From positions 66,428-130,427 of the forward strand of contig JBFHFF010000004.1 of assembly GCA_041583775.1 (NCBI GenBank): DNA of 64,000 bases. The letters are read 5' to 3'. The DNA comes from Candidatus Moraniibacteriota bacterium. GTDB lineage: Bacteria > Patescibacteriota > Minisyncoccia > Moranbacterales > DUUL01. This document shows positions 41,255-51,274 of the stretch, one piece after another; position 1 is the first letter of the stretch, and every line of letters begins with the position of its first letter. The translations under genes were made by a program, and so were the position numbers. The notes beneath the pieces were generated by a model. It ran no database searches, was not told the DNA's origin, and saw only the letters and a list, made by a program, of their open reading frames with translations.

Positions 41255-42917
41255 TCATCTTAGATTCATTTAAAGATCGTTCTTTAAATTCAACCTTGCC
41301 TTGCTCAATTGTTTTTGGACTAATCACAACTCTAAAAGGACAACCGATAAGATCGGCATCAGCAAATTTTCCACCTGGGTTTATATCACGATCATCATAC
41401 AGAACTTCGATTCCTTTCTTTTGAAGTTCTTGATAAAATTCATCAATTTCTTTTTGCGCAGATCCATCTTTTCCGGGAATTCCAATGAGATGTACTTGAT
41501 ACGGGGCCAATTGTGGAGGCCAGATAATTCCTTTTTCATCATGATGTTTTTCAACAACCGTTGCAACATTTCTATCTAATCCAATTCCGTAACAACCCAT
41601 ATAATATTCTTGATTTTCCCCATTAGCATTAACAAATGTCGCTTTCATCTTTGATGAATAGTGCTTCCCTAATTGGAAAATATTTCCAACCTCAATACCC
41701 TTCTTTTCTTGCAATTTTTGTTTTCCATCTTCAGTCGAAAAACCATTTTTGGCCATAGCAATATCTGCAGTAATTTTATGCTCAAAGTCTCTTCCATAAT
41801 TAACATTAATTGAATCTGTTTTTTCTTCTTTTTGCCCTCCGATAAAGTTTTTCACCGTTCTTAATGACAAATCCCCAACATAAAGACAATTTTTATGTCC
41901 CCAAGAATGAACATAGCCAGTTTTTGTTCCAATGGATGCAAGATCTTTCTCTTTCGCATCTTCGAGCGCTCCCACCATATCAAGCACTTGCTCTAGCTTT
42001 GTTTTGTTAATTTCCAAATCGCCTCTAATTGTTGCAATTATAATATCTTCTGTAATGCGATTTTTATATACAACATTTTTCAAAAATCTAGCAGCTGGCA
42101 GATTATAATGTTTTTGAGCATCTTCCATTGTCTTAACCCACTCTGGTTGTTCTATTATTTCAAAATCTAAAATTTTATCTTCTGGATTTATTTCCCCCCT
42201 TTTGAATTTAGCCACATCTTCGTGTGCAACATATTTTTCGTCTTCTGAAACAAAAAAAACACTTTCTCCAGCATCACTTTCTACTACAAATTCATGACAA
42301 TAATCTCCTCCAATATAACCATTGTCAGCTTCCACCGCATATGACTTCATCCCCAATCTTTCAAATATTCGAGTATAAGTATCCCACATAGTTTGATATT
42401 CTTTTTTGAAACATTCCTCACTCGCATGGAAAGAATATCCGTCTTTCATCACAAATTCACGAACCCGAAGAAGTCCACCTCTCGCACGAAGTTCATCACG
42501 AAACTTTGAAGAAAATTGATAAATATGAAAAGGTAAATCCTTATAACTAATATTATAACCTCTGACCAAATCAACAATCATCTCTTCAGCTGTTCCACCA
42601 AGCGCAAAAGATGAACCACGACGGTCTTCTAATGTCATAAGCTCAAATCCAGCAGTATCTGTTCTGTTAGTTTCTTTCCAAAGTTCCAAAGGATGTAATG
42701 TTGGGGTTATCATCTTTTGAGCACCAGCCTTGTTCATTTCCTCTTCGATTATTTTCGCAATATTATCCCTCACTTTTATCCCAAGTGGTAAAAAATAATA
42801 TCTTCCAGCTGTTGATTCACGAATAAAGCCACCTTGATATAGATATTTATGACTAATTGCTTTTAGTTCTTTTGAGATTGTTTTTGAGGTCTTTCCAAAT
42901 AGCTTTGATTGGCGCAT
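41196..42917 (-). CDS. proS: prolyl-tRNA synthetase
   Basis: Class II aaRS motifs; start set at MRQSKLF rather than the upstream in-frame extension. Confidence 0.9.
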   Translation of the reverse strand: MRQSKLFGKTSKTISKELKAISHKYLYQGGFIRESTAGRYYFLPLGIKVRDNIAKIIEEEMNKAGAQKMITPTLHPLELWKETNRTDTAGFELMTLEDRRGSSFALGGTAEEMIVDLVRGYNISYKDLPFHIYQFSSKFRDELRARGGLLRVREFVMKDGYSFHASEECFKKEYQTMWDTYTRIFERLGMKSYAVEADNGYIGGDYCHEFVVESDAGESVFFVSEDEKYVAHEDVAKFKRGEINPEDKILDFEIIEQPEWVKTMEDAQKHYNLPAARFLKNVVYKNRITEDIIIATIRGDLEINKTKLEQVLDMVGALEDAKEKDLASIGTKTGYVHSWGHKNCLYVGDLSLRTVKNFIGGQKEEKTDSINVNYGRDFEHKITADIAMAKNGFSTEDGKQKLQEKKGIEVGNIFQLGKHYSSKMKATFVNANGENQEYYMGCYGIGLDRNVATVVEKHHDEKGIIWPPQLAPYQVHLIGIPGKDGSAQKEIDEFYQELQKKGIEVLYDDRDINPGGKFADADLIGCPFRVVISPKTIEQGKVEFKERSLNESKMIDKESLFEVLSKYINKNEF

Positions 42918-43066
42918 AGATTTTCTTAAATTATATTGGTTTATCTTATCCAAAATCAGCCTAGTTTCGGTGTTTTTCTTTTCTAAACTTAGAAGACAAA
43001 AAAACACCCCAATTTATCCTATCTTAGCGAATAAATCAGGGTGTGTCAAAGCAAGAAATGTGCAAC

Positions 43067-44245
43067 CTAAAACAATTCTTTAATTTTCTGCAAAATCTCG
43101 AAAGTTTTGAAGTCTTTTATTGTTATTAAAGCCATCAAAGACATTAAAAAAACAAAACCTGCTGTATGTACTATTCCCTCAACTTTTTCACTAACTGGTC
43201 TCCCTTTTAATTTTTCAATCAAAAGGAAAAGAATTCTTCCACCATCTAGCGCTGGAAAAGGCAAAAGATTGATAACAGCTAAATTAACAGAAAGCATCGC
43301 GGCAAATTGCAAAGTAAATGCAAGTCCCATTTTAGCAACTTGTCCAGTCATCACTGCAATACCAATTGGCCCTGCAACATCAGAGTTCATTGGTTTTGGC
43401 GTAACAAGTCGCACAATCAAGTCTCCTAGAAACTTAAAGATTGCAACAACAATTCGTCCTGTTGTTTCAACACCCATCCACATTGACTGAAAGAATCCAT
43501 ATTTCGCAAATTGGGTTCTCATCAATTCAACACCAATCGATCCTTGACCATCAGGCACATCTTCTTTGTTTCTCACAAAAAGTGAAACTACCTCAGCTTC
43601 CCTATCTCCTGGATGAAGTATTTTTATATCAACATTTTGGCCTTCTTTATTTTCTGTTGCTTGTTTTAAATCAGAAACTTTCAAAACTTTAGTTTCTTTG
43701 CCATTATCCACAACAGCAACAATTACATCACCTGCTTCTAGTTTTGCTTCTGAAGCTGGCGTGTTTTTAGCCACAGCAGTGATTTGAACTTTTGGATCTG
43801 ATGCATTCTCTTCGTCACTAATTGCTTCTGGCAGTCCCAACCAAAAAGCAAAACCAAAAAACAGTGCTCCTATAACAAAATTCATTGCTACTCCGGCAAA
43901 AAGAACTTTAAATCTAACAAGAATTTTTTGACTTGCAAATGAATCTGGGGCCTCCCTTTCTTCTCCGTCCTCACCCTTTATCTTTACAAAACCTCCAATG
44001 GGGATCAAATTTAAGGAATAAAGTGTTTTATCTTTACCCCTAGATTCTTTTCCAACCTCTTTTCCACCCCAAACCCAACGCAATTTCCCTTTTTTATCTC
44101 TATAAAAACCAGCCACTCTTGGGGGGAAACCAAGTCCAAACTCTTCACAAGCAATTCCATTTCTTCTTGCAACAAAAAAATGCCCTGCCTCATGAACAAA
44201 AACAAGAGTTCCAAGAATTACTATAAAAACTATAACTGCTGTCAT
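43067..44245 (-). CDS. rseP: site-2 (M50) zinc metalloprotease RseP with PDZ domain
   Basis: HEAGHFFVAR HExxH in TM1, PDZ insertion. Confidence 0.85.
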   Translation of the reverse strand: MTAVIVFIVILGTLVFVHEAGHFFVARRNGIACEEFGLGFPPRVAGFYRDKKGKLRWVWGGKEVGKESRGKDKTLYSLNLIPIGGFVKIKGEDGEEREAPDSFASQKILVRFKVLFAGVAMNFVIGALFFGFAFWLGLPEAISDEENASDPKVQITAVAKNTPASEAKLEAGDVIVAVVDNGKETKVLKVSDLKQATENKEGQNVDIKILHPGDREAEVVSLFVRNKEDVPDGQGSIGVELMRTQFAKYGFFQSMWMGVETTGRIVVAIFKFLGDLIVRLVTPKPMNSDVAGPIGIAVMTGQVAKMGLAFTLQFAAMLSVNLAVINLLPFPALDGGRILFLLIEKLKGRPVSEKVEGIVHTAGFVFLMSLMALITIKDFKTFEILQKIKELF

Positions 44246-44319
44246 TTATTTCCTTTCTTTAATTTTTTTATTTAATGTTTTATATTGTAAAAACCACAAA
44301 CTCAAACTATTCAACAATA

Positions 44320-44877
44320 TTAAACTTGCATAACTTCAACTTCTTTCTCTTTTGAAAGTTCTTCAATTTTTTTATTCTGCTCATCAACAATTGCTTGTAA
44401 ACGATCTTTTTGAGTGAACTTTTCATCCTCTGCGATTTCACCATCTTTTTCCATTTTCTGAATCATATCCCAAGCTTCTTCACGAACTTTTCGCACCTTT
44501 ATTCTTGCATCTTCAGTTTTCTTTCCAACAACCTTAACTAATTCAATTCTCCTCTCTTCTGTTAATGCAGGAAAGGATAATCGGATGACATTTCCGTCGT
44601 TTGTTGGATTGATATTCAAATCAGATTCTTTAATTGCTTTTTCGATATCAACAAGACTGTCCTTACTCCAAGGTGAAATTATAACAGTTCTTGCATCAGA
44701 GGTAGAAACTGAAGCAACCTGTTGTAATGGTGTTTTCGCTCCAAAATAATCTATTTCTAGATTATCCACCAATCTCACATTTGCCCTTCCTGTTCTAATT
44801 GTTTTTAAATCTTCTTTAAAAAAATCAATAACCTCTTCAAAACTTTCTTTTGCTCTCTCTAAAGCTATACTATTCAT
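44320..44877 (-). CDS. frr: ribosome recycling factor
   Basis: 185 aa, conserved Frr sequence. Confidence 0.9.
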   Translation of the reverse strand: MNSIALERAKESFEEVIDFFKEDLKTIRTGRANVRLVDNLEIDYFGAKTPLQQVASVSTSDARTVIISPWSKDSLVDIEKAIKESDLNINPTNDGNVIRLSFPALTEERRIELVKVVGKKTEDARIKVRKVREEAWDMIQKMEKDGEIAEDEKFTQKDRLQAIVDEQNKKIEELSKEKEVEVMQV

Positions 44878-44904
44878 TAGTTTTTTTTAATTGATTATAT
44901 TTTC

Positions 44905-45966
44905 TTAAAATGGGAATATCCCCATACCCGAACTTTGTACTACTTTCCTTGTGCCAAAATAAATCTTATTTGTATCCTCTGGATCTACAACAACCATCTC
45001 AATCTTCCTTGATGGCACAGAAAACTGAATGGGCTTCCAACTTTCTCCTCCATTCTCAGTTTTATAAATTGCGTTTCCTGATATGAAGTATATTATTTTA
45101 TCATTCCTAGGATCAATTGCAATCCCCTTTGAAGAAATAGCTTCTGGTCGCACTAAAGTATTAATTGTTTCTAGTGTTGCACCTCCATCTATACTTTTAT
45201 GCAAACCTTTATTATCACTCACAAAAACAATTCCCTCTTGATATGGATGTGGAATTAGATTATAAATCACACCCTTACTCGCGATAGCAGAAAATGTCGC
45301 TCCTCCGTCGTCAGATCTTTTTGCACCAGTTTTCGTTGTTACAAAATACAACTTGTCAGTATTTACACTATCAAATTTAATCAAATTAATCCCACTTTTC
45401 TCCCAAAGAACTGTTGTCCAAGTTGCCCCCGCATCGGAAGTTTTATACAAAGCACCTCCCGAATCACCAGCATATAATTCCTGCGGCCTTCTTGGGTTTA
45501 GGGCGATATTAAAAACAGATCCCTCCTTTGTTCTTTGTGTGAAAACTTCTCGCCACTCCTTTCCACCATCAACAGTCTTCATTATCTTTCCGACACCATT
45601 AACTATCGCAGGAACATATATCTCATTAGTGTCGCTTGGGTTAATCTCAACATCTCTAACATTCTTAAAATCATTGTTATCTTTCACCCAATTCTCCCCT
45701 TGATCCTCACTCCGATAAATTCCGCTTGGTGTCCCAACATACAAAATTTTAGAATTCATTGGGTCCATTGTAAAAGCTAAGATATCTGCTGTCCCCAAAG
45801 TGCCACCTCCGCCCAAAGTGTTTTTTTGTTCAAAATTTAAAGCGGCATCATCACTTCTATAAACCCCACCTTTGGTGTCTGGTGCCTTTTGTTGAATTCC
45901 ACAACCAGAGAAAATAACTGGGAGACAGAGCGTGAAAATTGTTGCTACGATTTTTTTTGTTTTCAT
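44905..45966 (-). CDS. lipoprotein with BNR/Asp-box repeats (Ycf48-like beta-propeller)
   Basis: Lipobox FSGC; repeated SxDxGxTW motifs (SDAGATW, SDDGGATF, SIDGGATL, TENGGESW). Confidence 0.7.
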   Translation of the reverse strand: MKTKKIVATIFTLCLPVIFSGCGIQQKAPDTKGGVYRSDDAALNFEQKNTLGGGGTLGTADILAFTMDPMNSKILYVGTPSGIYRSEDQGENWVKDNNDFKNVRDVEINPSDTNEIYVPAIVNGVGKIMKTVDGGKEWREVFTQRTKEGSVFNIALNPRRPQELYAGDSGGALYKTSDAGATWTTVLWEKSGINLIKFDSVNTDKLYFVTTKTGAKRSDDGGATFSAIASKGVIYNLIPHPYQEGIVFVSDNKGLHKSIDGGATLETINTLVRPEAISSKGIAIDPRNDKIIYFISGNAIYKTENGGESWKPIQFSVPSRKIEMVVVDPEDTNKIYFGTRKVVQSSGMGIFPF

Positions 45967-46187
45967 TTTTTGTTTTTATAGAAGTTTACAAAGTCTTTAT
46001 TTACAACCACTTGTTTTTATTTTACGATATTTCGCGTCTTGTGGCAAATAAAAAACTGTTTTCAGTCTAATTTCGAACTCCTTTCCAGTTCATCTAAAAC
46101 ATACGGACTTTTCTATATCCATATATAATTATTTAAAAAACCAGAACAAACAATCCCCACAAACCTCTAATTGATAATTATAGGGTT

Positions 46188-46219
46188 CAAAAAACTCGCA
46201 ACAAAAATTACGAGTTTTT
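46188..46219. terminator. bidirectional terminator immediately downstream of groES
   Basis: aaaactcg...cgagtttt 8-bp stem flanked by A and T runs. Confidence 0.55.
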
Positions 46220-46236
46220 GATTTATTCAAAGAAAA

Positions 46237-46518
46237 TCATTCAACAATTGCTAAAATCATATTCTTAGATGCATCTAAAATTACAAACTTTTCATCCTCT
46301 ATCTCAACTTCAGTTCCACTATATTTCTCATAAAGAACAGAGACACCTTTCTTAATTTGAGGATTCACTTTTTCACTTTCACCAACTGCGACAACTGTTC
46401 CAATTTGTGATTTTTCCTTTGAGGCTGTCTCTGGAAGAACAATGCCCCCTCTCGTCATTTCCTCTATTTTCGGCACTTTAACAACCACATTACTCCCAAT
46501 CGGTGTTATTTTTTTCAT
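46237..46518 (-). CDS. groS: co-chaperonin GroES
   Basis: GGIVLPETA...GTVVAVG; 93 aa. Confidence 0.9.
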   Translation of the reverse strand: MKKITPIGSNVVVKVPKIEEMTRGGIVLPETASKEKSQIGTVVAVGESEKVNPQIKKGVSVLYEKYSGTEVEIEDEKFVILDASKNMILAIVE

Positions 46519-46606
46519 ACTTTTAATTTTATTTAATTATTTAGCAAACAACTCCTTTGACTGCTAAAATTTTACCAATTTCACCATTATTGTCAACTTT
46601 CGCTCC

Positions 46607-47056
46607 TTATTTCTCCAGCTTAAGGAGTTGATTAAGCTTTTTTTCTACTCGAATTAGTGTTTTCTGGACTTCTTTTATTTTCCTTTCTGAACTTCTATCT
46701 GTTGCTAAGTCTATAATAGCCCTTTTTCTATCACGATCTGCTTCTCTGTTTTGACTCATCAAAATAATTGGTGCTGTATAAGCAGCCATAATACTCAAAG
46801 CAAGGTTCAGAAAAATGAAAGGGTATCCATCCCAACCAGAGAACCAAGAAACAATGTTGAGTAAAACCCAAATAATTATAAAAAATGTTTGAAAAAGAAT
46901 ATAATTCCAACTACCCAACATATTCGATGCTATATCAGCAAGCCTTTGGCTTTTAGTTCTTTTTGCATACCCTCTTCCGTATACATTTTTCTGTTTGAGC
47001 AATTCTAGTTCTTTTTGAGTTAGTTCAACTTTCGCTTTTCTTGTTCCTTTGAGCAT
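46607..47056 (-). CDS. DUF1003-family membrane protein
   Basis: Two TM helices plus an IILMSQNREADRDR motif typical of DUF1003, recalled from memory. Confidence 0.55.
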   Translation of the reverse strand: MLKGTRKAKVELTQKELELLKQKNVYGRGYAKRTKSQRLADIASNMLGSWNYILFQTFFIIIWVLLNIVSWFSGWDGYPFIFLNLALSIMAAYTAPIILMSQNREADRDRKRAIIDLATDRSSERKIKEVQKTLIRVEKKLNQLLKLEK

Positions 47057-47332
47057 CGCTTTTTTGTTTTTATTTTTAATAATTTTTTAATATTTCCTAA
47101 AATTTCTCAATCACATTAACATAGAAAGTATACCACACATAGAAACAAGTTCCCAGAACTACGGGCAAACAAAATTAATTTCCAAAACTCAAGTGGCAGC
47201 AGATTTCTCCACCAAAGATCCCTAATTATCACTGATAATCTTTTTATTTCAAAACTAAAATATTTGTAGCTAAACACAAACTATACTACAATAGAAGAAC
47301 TTACCAAACTAATAATAGAAAGTGATGAAATA

Positions 47333-47953
47333 ATGAAACAAAAAATGAAGTTATCCCCAACTGAAATTTTTGAATCCTACAAAAAATTACTCTTTTCAAC
47401 AAAAATATTTTCAAAAGAGTTTATTTTTGTTTTTTTGTTGTTTTTTCTATTCACCGGAATGGGTGTTTTTATTGCAAAATCAAATCCCGAGTGGACAGAA
47501 GAATTTGTCACTACTGTCGCTGAAAGCTTTATCGAATTAGCTCAAAAAAATAATATGGCTATCTGGTTTTATATTTTTTCTCACAACCTATTTATTTCTA
47601 TCACTCTTATTGCATTTTTCTTCTTTTTAGGAGTGGTTCCAATTTTGGCATTATCGTTAAATGGTTTAACAATCGGCATCATAATTGCTCACTCGGCAAG
47701 CAGATTAAATATCAGTGATGTTTTCTTAGCCATTATCCCTCATGGGCTTTTTGAAATACCGGCCTTTCTAATCGCAGCGGCATTATCACTCTACCTTTCG
47801 AGAAAATTTCTCTTTCTCTTTGGAAAAAAGAAGCATAAATTCAAAAAAGATTTTTTCTTTGCTATTAAAATAGCTCTGTTTGTAATCACACCTCTATTGT
47901 TATTAGCATCCATTATAGAAACTTTTATCACACCACTTCTTTTAGCAATTTAA
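47333..47953 (+). CDS. SpoIIM/DUF95-like membrane protein
   Basis: Polytopic; IIPHGLFEIPAF motif. Confidence 0.55.
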   Translation: MKQKMKLSPTEIFESYKKLLFSTKIFSKEFIFVFLLFFLFTGMGVFIAKSNPEWTEEFVTTVAESFIELAQKNNMAIWFYIFSHNLFISITLIAFFFFLGVVPILALSLNGLTIGIIIAHSASRLNISDVFLAIIPHGLFEIPAFLIAAALSLYLSRKFLFLFGKKKHKFKKDFFFAIKIALFVITPLLLLASIIETFITPLLLAI

Positions 47954-47955
47954 TA

Positions 47956-49233
47956 TCATTGTTTTATCATCTTATTTAGCTCACCTATCCTAAAGCTTTT
48001 TAGATTTCCCAAAGAATCTTCACTTACTATTATATCAAAATGAAACTCAGTTTTTCCCAGAACCTGGCCCTCTTTAGCTCCCCCGATTATCACTGAAAGC
48101 TCTTGTCCTTTAAATTTATTTTCATATTCATTCTCCAATTCCTTTGAAATTTGTCTGAGTTTTTTTGCTCTTGTTTTTTTAGTCTCTTTTTTGATTTGAT
48201 CTTTCATTCTAGCTGCTGGCGTTTTTTCGTGAGCTGAAAATTGAAAAACATGGGCATTGCTAAAGCCAATTTCTAGACACAGTTGAACTGTTTGCTCAAA
48301 ATCTTCTTCCGTTTCTCCTGGAAATCCAACAATCACATCGGTTGTTATTGCTATATTCGGCATCAATTCACGAGCTTTTTTAACTCTTTTTCTAAAATAA
48401 TTCCTTGTATATGGCCGATTCATCGCACTTAGAATCTTATCACTCCCTGATTGCAATGGAAAATGCAAATGTCGACAAATTTTACTACTTTTCGCCATAA
48501 GCTCCAAAAGTTTGTCGTCAACATCAACGACCTCAATTGAACTGAGCCTCACTCTTCCCAATTCTTTTATTTTTATAATTTCTTCCAGCAAATCGCCAAG
48601 ATTACAAGTTGCAGAGTTCTTTTCTTTTCCATAAAGTCCAAGGTGAATTCCACACAAGACAACCTCTCGATAACCTGCCTCTATGGCTGCTCTAATTTCC
48701 TCCAAGACCTCTTCTCTTGGCCTGGAGGATAATTTGCCCCTGGAATAAGGAATGATGCAGTAGGAACAAAACTGTTCGCATCCATCTTGAATTTTCAAAA
48801 AATAACGAGACCTCTCCCCCTCTCCCGGTGGAACGATTTTCAAGCTACCTAGTTTTTCACATTCATTGTTCAGTTGAGTATTTTTCAGATTAACAAAAAA
48901 TTTTTTAATTTCAGCTACCAATTTTTTATGATCACCAACTTCCCAAATCAAATCTGCTTTTATTTTTTTCATTTCCTCAGGATATATTTTTGCCCAACAT
49001 CCCAAAAGCACTGTTTTGGCATTTGGGTTTTCCCTTCCTATCGCAGCAAACATCCTTCGCCCTTTTGCGATTGAAGTCTTTGTAACGGCGCAAGAATTAA
49101 CAATCGCAAGCCCAACCTCTTCTGAGTCTTCAAAGGAATGTTCAAAACCAGCGTCTATAAGTAATTTTCTTAGTGCAAGGGAATCGTATTGATTGACTTT
49201 ACAACCCAAAGTTTTTATAATAAATTTTTTCAC
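47956..49233 (-). CDS. MiaB-family radical-SAM methylthiotransferase (MtaB/RimO-like)
   Basis: N-terminal MTTase domain, CEQFCSYC radical-SAM cluster motif, C-terminal TRAM-like region. Confidence 0.8.
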   Translation of the reverse strand: MKKFIIKTLGCKVNQYDSLALRKLLIDAGFEHSFEDSEEVGLAIVNSCAVTKTSIAKGRRMFAAIGRENPNAKTVLLGCWAKIYPEEMKKIKADLIWEVGDHKKLVAEIKKFFVNLKNTQLNNECEKLGSLKIVPPGEGERSRYFLKIQDGCEQFCSYCIIPYSRGKLSSRPREEVLEEIRAAIEAGYREVVLCGIHLGLYGKEKNSATCNLGDLLEEIIKIKELGRVRLSSIEVVDVDDKLLELMAKSSKICRHLHFPLQSGSDKILSAMNRPYTRNYFRKRVKKARELMPNIAITTDVIVGFPGETEEDFEQTVQLCLEIGFSNAHVFQFSAHEKTPAARMKDQIKKETKKTRAKKLRQISKELENEYENKFKGQELSVIIGGAKEGQVLGKTEFHFDIIVSEDSLGNLKSFRIGELNKMIKQ

Positions 49234-49559
49234 AAAACTAAAGTTTAAATTTAATAACTTAGAGTCTAACCCGAAAATGATTTCTTTTCAACAAAATCCT
49301 TGTGTATCTTAAAAGGTACCTTTTAAGGGAAGGGGGTGGGAAATCTGTCTTTATTTGTCATCCTCAGCTTGACTGGGGATCTATTAGGCTCTACACAGCA
49401 ATTTTTAACACAAACTATCTCAGTTTGGCTTCAAAGTAATCTTTTTGTTTATTGTTCTGTATTTTCTGTCTCTCAATCTAATGGATTCCCGACTCCTCGG
49501 GAATGACAATCTTCCTCATCTAATTGTTGTGTTGAGTTTTTTTATTGAAAATTCACACT

Positions 49560-50158
49560 TTATTTCTCAATCACAATAAAATCCCCTTCTTCTAGCGCAT
49601 GAATGGGAAGTGATTTGTCTCCATATTCCTCCAACTCTTTTTTTGCATTTTCCCAATCAATTGGTCCTCTTGGGTCATTATTGCCATAGGTTCCATTGAA
49701 ATGAGGAATAAACTTAATTGGCAGAATTCTCAAACCCTCCAAACAGTCTCTCCAATCACAAGTCCATGAAAAAGTGGTTAGAATACTCGAACCAGCAGAG
49801 CTCGTCGCCACGACTTTTCCTTCAAAAATCTTTTCTAAATCAAATTGATCAAACCAAAATCGCAACACAAATAGTCATCCCCTCCTTGGATAATAATAAT
49901 ATCGTTTTTTTCTGCTTGTTTTTCGAATGTTACTGGAAATGCTAAATCAAAGACTAAGCTATCTGCTTTTCCTGTCAGAGAAGCAAATCTTTCACTATAA
50001 GCTTCAAACCTCGTCTCCCAGCTTTCTCGAGGCTGTGCAAAAAAACAATAGAGAATTCTAATTTCCCCTTCAAAACCAACAAGGATTTCATTCAAAAAAG
50101 CCAACTCCTTCTCGGGATATTTTTTAGCGCCACCCGAATTTAAGATATATTTTGTCAT
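49560..50158 (-). pseudogene. S51 (peptidase E / cyanophycinase-like) peptidase gene split by a single frameshift
   Basis: Upstream ORF ends ...IIIQGGDDYLCCDFGLINLI*; the +1 frame continues LRFWFDQFDLEKIFEGKVVATSSAGS (the S51 SAG nucleophile region) from a GTG. Confidence 0.55.
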
Positions 50159-50210
50159 TTGTATTATAACTATAAATTATAGATGAATTTATTTTAACAA
50201 GGTTATATAG

Positions 50211-50250
50211 AAAAACAAAAAATCCATCGCATATGCGAGGGATTTTTTTA
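50211..50250. terminator. bidirectional intrinsic terminator at the edge of repeat copy 1
   Basis: A-run, atccatcgcatatgcgagggat imperfect palindrome, T7. Confidence 0.55.
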
Positions 50251-50463
50251 TGTGGACCCTAGTAACTTTTCTTGGAACACCTTCTTAAATACCATTGTTG
50301 AGTGGCAACCTACCATCCAAAGGATTAAACAAGGCTTTGTTTAATCGCTTATATAAAGAATTCTGTGCTATATAACATATACACAATAGGATAATGGAAC
50401 ATCTATACGTACAAGGCATTAAAATATGAAGAGATTTCAATAAATAGAAGGTGGTATTTTGAA
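50222..50463. repeat. copy 1 of a ~245-bp diverged direct repeat (att-like element)
   Basis: About 88% identical to 51831..52075 by manual alignment; starts with tatgtggaccctag, which matches the tRNA-Ala 3' end. Confidence 0.8.
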
Positions 50464-50531
50464 AAAAGCGAATGTTCAGGGGGCATCCAAAAAACAATCT
50501 TTATTTAGATCATTTTAAAGGACGCGCACTT

Positions 50532-51101
50532 CTATAAGCCATTTCTTACAAAAGAAAACAGCTCATCTACTGTCTTCTTTTCTATGAACTTACCATACGC
50601 TCCGTACTTATTATTGAATTCTACGAAAAGTTCTTTATAGTTTTTAGAAAAATCTGGAGAAGTTAAATCAGGCCCTTGATCTAAATTTTGAAACATAAAT
50701 TTTCTCATTCTCACAAGACCAGTATATTGCTTCTTTTCATTCTCATTAAAAAGAGTATCAATTAAATAGATTTCATAAGCAACATAAAAAGTAGCTAGAT
50801 TGCAAACGACTTGGTCTGAATTTAAAATATTCAAACCTTTTTTAAAAATCTCGTCCTCTTCTTCGATTAATCTTCTTTTTATGTCATCATCTTCAATTCC
50901 TTCTAAATCTTTTTCAAAATCATATGTTAAGTTAGGGATTGCCCAATTTAAAGCTCGTGCTAGCAGTTGCAACCCAAATTCATCATTCTCTAATTTCTCT
51001 TCTTCTATAAATTTATCAGCGACTCCCATAACTATAGCATCGTGAATGAGATTATTCGCTTTTAAGGCATTTTTAAGCCTATTTTTCTTTAGCCAAAACA
51101 T
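50532..51101 (-). CDS. hypothetical protein (189 aa)
   Basis: ORF between the two repeat copies; no motif I recognise. Confidence 0.5.
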   Translation of the reverse strand: MFWLKKNRLKNALKANNLIHDAIVMGVADKFIEEEKLENDEFGLQLLARALNWAIPNLTYDFEKDLEGIEDDDIKRRLIEEEDEIFKKGLNILNSDQVVCNLATFYVAYEIYLIDTLFNENEKKQYTGLVRMRKFMFQNLDQGPDLTSPDFSKNYKELFVEFNNKYGAYGKFIEKKTVDELFSFVRNGL

Positions 51102-51274
51102 ACTTTTAGTTATTACTGCTTAATATTTTCACCTTCATTTTTTCTCTTTTTCCAAAATTATTGTGAATTCTACATTTTTCCCGTATCTTTTATCTCAAAT
51201 TTACGAGAGGGTTCAAAGCAGGGGCCATTGAACCCACTATAAAACAAAACACCAGACGTTCATTTTTCGATTCC

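Noticed and set aside
49234-49559. tmRNA or SRP RNA in the intergenic region upstream of the methylthiotransferase gene
   Set aside because: It lacks the tRNA-like 3' end and the conserved SRP domain-IV motif.
50249-50287. 12-codon mini-ORF (MWTLVTFLGTPS) at the start of each repeat, with a conserved stop position
   Set aside because: All 5 substitutions between the copies are nonsynonymous, and the peptide is too short. The conservation is better explained at the nucleotide level.
50285-50497. 70-aa minus-strand ORF inside repeat copy 1
   Set aside because: The equivalent frame in copy 2 is interrupted after about 16 codons. It is not conserved between copies, so it is treated as non-coding.
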